Shown: positions 61,044-64,000 of the stretch, one piece after another
Position numbering within the stretch: position 1 is the first letter of the stretch
Layout of the letters: the number at the start of each line of letters is the position of its first letter
Assembly: GCF_004010195.1 (NCBI RefSeq)
Contig: NW_025215226.1
Coordinates: 6,938 to 70,937, forward strand
DNA length: 64,000 bases
Direction: 5' to 3'
Origin: Chiloscyllium plagiosum
Lineage: Eukaryota
Translations under genes and position numbers: made by a program
Notes under the pieces: generated by a model
The model's database searches: none
Told to the model about the DNA's origin: nothing
The model's input: only the letters and a program-made list of their open reading frames with translations

Positions 61044-61350
61044 AGAGACAAAGGAGGAAAAAAGATGGAGGGGGAGCTGCTCCACACTCTGATCCAGCAT
61101 ACACCACTGCCTCCCTCTCTCAATCCACCTCCAGGGACAGAGAGAGAGGTAGAGGGAGAATGGTGGTGTGAAGGGGGCGGGAGAGACATAGTGAGAGAGA
61201 ATGCTGACTGTCCCAGTAGAAGATTCATTGGTTCAAAATGGATTTGAGGCCTGGGGTAAAAGGAACCGGGGCCTTGGGATTGTGACAGAAGCAGGTTACA
61301 CCCCCAGGGTCTGGGAGGAAGGACTCCCCGAGGAGGGAATTAATACCTTA
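59170..61350 (+). repeat. Three diverged modules, two containing a putative + strand exon with CAG|GTGAGT donor
   Basis: Homologies 59455-59680 ~ 60275-60490, 59170-59260 ~ 60575-60650, and 59654-59755 ~ 61242-61347. Confidence 0.7.
60977..61038. repeat. Perfect (AC)n microsatellite, ~30 units
   Basis: Direct reading. Confidence 0.98.
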
Positions 61351-61427
61351 ACATGAGAAACTCTCTCCAAGCCCCATTCTAATGTCAGAGTCATGCACAT
61401 AGGCCAGTGGGATAAGATGTGAAAAGT

Positions 61428-61642
61428 CTGAGAGATAGGGCGAAAGATCTTCGATATGGAGATAGCGAGAGAAGGGGGACACAGAGGAAGAGATTTCAGA
61501 GATAGAGGGAGAGAGGGGAGGAACAGAGACATCTCGGAGATGGAGAGAGTAAGGGGGAACAGAGAGAGGGAGGAAAGAGAGATCAGAGATGGAGACAGTA
61601 AGGGGGGAACTGAGAGAGAGAAAACAGAGAGAGATCTTAGAT
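61428..61642. repeat. GA-rich low-complexity tract running into a gap
   Basis: GAGAGATAGGG/GGGGAACAGAGAG motifs. Confidence 0.8.
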
Positions 61643-62197
61643 NNNNNNNNNNNNNNNNNNNNNNNNNNNNNNNNNNNNNNNNNNNNNNNNNNNNNNNNNN
61701 NNNNNNNNNNNNNNNNNNNNNNNNNNNNNNNNNNNNNNNNNNNNNNNNNNNNNNNNNNNNNNNNNNNNNNNNNNNNNNNNNNNNNNNNNNNNNNNNNNNN
61801 NNNNNNNNNNNNNNNNNNNNNNNNNNNNNNNNNNNNNNNNNNNNNNNNNNNNNNNNNNNNNNNNNNNNNNNNNNNNNNNNNNNNNNNNNNNNNNNNNNNN
61901 NNNNNNNNNNNNNNNNNNNNNNNNNNNNNNNNNNNNNNNNNNNNNNNNNNNNNNNNNNNNNNNNNNNNNNNNNNNNNNNNNNNNNNNNNNNNNNNNNNNN
62001 NNNNNNNNNNNNNNNNNNNNNNNNNNNNNNNNNNNNNNNNNNNNNNNNNNNNNNNNNNNNNNNNNNNNNNNNNNNNNNNNNNNNNNNNNNNNNNNNNNNN
62101 NNNNNNNNNNNNNNNNNNNNNNNNNNNNNNNNNNNNNNNNNNNNNNNNNNNNNNNNNNNNNNNNNNNNNNNNNNNNNNNNNNNNNNNNNNNNNNNNN
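61643..62197. other. Assembly gap
   Basis: Run of N. Confidence 1.
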
Positions 62198-63275
62198 CTG
62201 TAAAAACGCCATCCCATATTCCCAATTCCTTCGCCTCCGCCGCATCTGCTCCCAGGAGGACCAATTCCAATACCAAACAACACAGATTGCCTCCTTCTTG
62301 AAAGACCGCAATTTCCCCTCAGACGTGGTTGACGAAGCTATCCACCGCATCTCCTCCACTTCCCGCTCCTCTGCCCTTGAACCCCACCTCTCCAATCGCC
62401 ACCATGAAAGAAACTCACTGGTCCTCACCTACCACCCCACCAACCTCCAGATACATCGTATCATCCTTCATCATTTCCGCCACCTCCAAACAGGCCCCAC
62501 CACTAAGGATATATTTTCCTCCCCTCCCCTATCAGCGTTCCAGAAAGACCACTCCTTCAGCGACTCCCTCGTCAGGTCCGCACCCCACACCAACCCAAAC
62601 TCCACTCCCAGCACCTTCCCATGCAACCGCAAGAAATGCAGAACTTGCACGCACACCTCCCCCCCACTTTCCTCCAAGGCCCCAAGGGATCCTTCCATAT
62701 CCGTCACAAATTCATCTGCACCTCCACACACGTCATTTACTGCATCCGCTGCATCCGATGTGGCCTCCTCTAATTTGGGGACACAGGCTGCCTACTTGCG
62801 GAACGTTTCAGTGAACACCTCTAGGGCACCAACCAACCCAACCGCCCCGTGACTGAACACTTTAACTCCCCCTCCCACTCCACCAAGGACATGCAGGTCC
62901 TTGGCCCCCTCTATCGCCAGATCCTGGCCACAGGACGCTTGGCAGAAGAGCGTCTCATCTTCCGCTTAGGAACCCTCCAACCACAAGGGATGAATGCTGA
63001 TTTCTCCAGCTTTCTCATTTCCCCTTCCCCCACCTTTTTTCAGTCCCAACCCTCAGACTCAGCACCGCCTTCATAACCTGCAATCTTCTTTCCGACCTCT
63101 CCGCCCCCACCCCACTCCAGCCTATCACCCTCACCTTAACCTCCTTTCACCTATCACATTCCCAATGCCCCTCTCCCAAGTCCCACCTCCCTTACCTTTT
63201 ATCTTAGCCTGCATGGCACACCCTCCTCATTCCTGAAAAAGGGTTTATGTCCGGAACGTCGATTCTCCTGCTCGA
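62198..63275 (+). mobile_element. Penelope-like retroelement 3' part (RT thumb, linker, GIY-YIG endonuclease, terminal region), disrupted
   Basis: AIPYSQFLRLRRICS...LVLTYHP...FPCNRKKCRTC, then in a shifted frame CTSTHVIYCIRCIRCGLL*FGDT..L.ERF.EHL (GIY-YIG), and EHFNSPSHS...EERLIFRLGTLQPQGMN. Confidence 0.93.
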
Positions 63276-63600
63276 TGGGGAGTTTACAATAGTCTGCCCT
63301 CTAGTGGGGTCAGAGCACATTGCTGTGAGTCTGTCTGACTGCTCCATGTGGAGTTTACAATAATCTGCCCTCTAGTGGGGTCAGAGCACTTCGCTGCGTG
63401 TCTGTCTGACTGCTCCATGGGGAGTTTACAATAGGCTGCCCTCTAGTGGGTTCAGAGCACATTGCTGCGAGTCTGTCTGACTGCTCCATGTGGAGTTCAC
63501 ATGAGTCTGCATCTGGTGGGTTTTGAGCACATTGCTGTGAGTCTGTCTCACTGCTCCATGTGGAGTTTACATTAGTCTGCATCTGGTGGGTTTAGAGCAG
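63276..63600. repeat. 71-bp tandem repeat, ~4.6 units
   Basis: AGTT(T/C)ACA at 63281, 63352, 63423, 63494 and 63564. Confidence 0.96.
63294..63449 (-). promoter_or_regulatory. Three co-oriented CTCF-consensus motifs (CCACTAGAGGGCAG)
   Basis: CTGCCCTCTAGTGG at 63294, 63365 and 63436. The reverse complement fits the CTCF core consensus CCASYAGRKGGCRS. Confidence 0.6.
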
Positions 63601-64000
63601 ACTTCAGAATTTTCACTGAAATTCCAATGAAATTTAAAAAAAGATTCCTTTCTGCTGTTCATTCAATTATTTCTAAACTGCAGTCCCTGTTCCCAGTCCA
63701 ACCAAATCCATAACAATACTGAAGGGAAACAGGGATTGACATATACACTCCAGATTATTCTATCTTTCTAACTTTGTACAAATTTTTGTTTTATTTGTTT
63801 GAACTGTAAAAACATGTCGTTTCTTTGATTACTCACTTCTTAATGATATTGAGAAAGGGTTTAAATGAAATGTAACTATTCTCTCTGACACACAAGGCAG
63901 ATGTGCTGTCGCTGATGTTATCAGGGCCCATCGAATTGAGCAAAAGGTATCAAGGGGGCAGATGTTTTGATGCAGCGAGTTTGTTGTAGTCTGGGATATA

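Noticed and set aside
63935..64000. Possible CR1 3' fragment at the right edge
   Set aside because: Too short and degenerate to call within this window.

Overview
Eukaryotic, repeat-dominated genomic DNA, most likely from a shark or ray. This is inferred from HE1-type V-SINEs sharing their 3' tail with CR1/HER1 LINEs and from a Penelope-like element. I see no intact protein-coding gene and no prokaryotic system (no CRISPR, operon or rRNA). Positions 1-21.6 kb are a mosaic of CR1 LINE fragments (one young copy nested antisense inside another), L2 and SINE pieces, minisatellites (36, 88, 35 and 70 bp units), a ~1.3 kb segmental duplication, and a heavily decayed multi-exon relic on the minus strand (5.2-6.7 kb) whose motifs read best as a NEK-family Ser/Thr kinase. 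Positions 21.6-56.6 kb are one ~35 kb strand-asymmetric compound (GA)n-ATGC-(GT)n satellite with higher-order duplicated blocks; it explains all the very long His/Ser/Thr/Leu ORFs in the track. The right end has a related satellite in inverted orientation, a 227 bp tandem duplication, a triplicated exon-intron-like module, a Penelope-like element with GIY-YIG and a decayed hammerhead-like motif, and a 71 bp tandem array carrying CTCF-consensus motifs. There are four assembly gaps. Family assignments come from motif recognition by eye, not from database searches.
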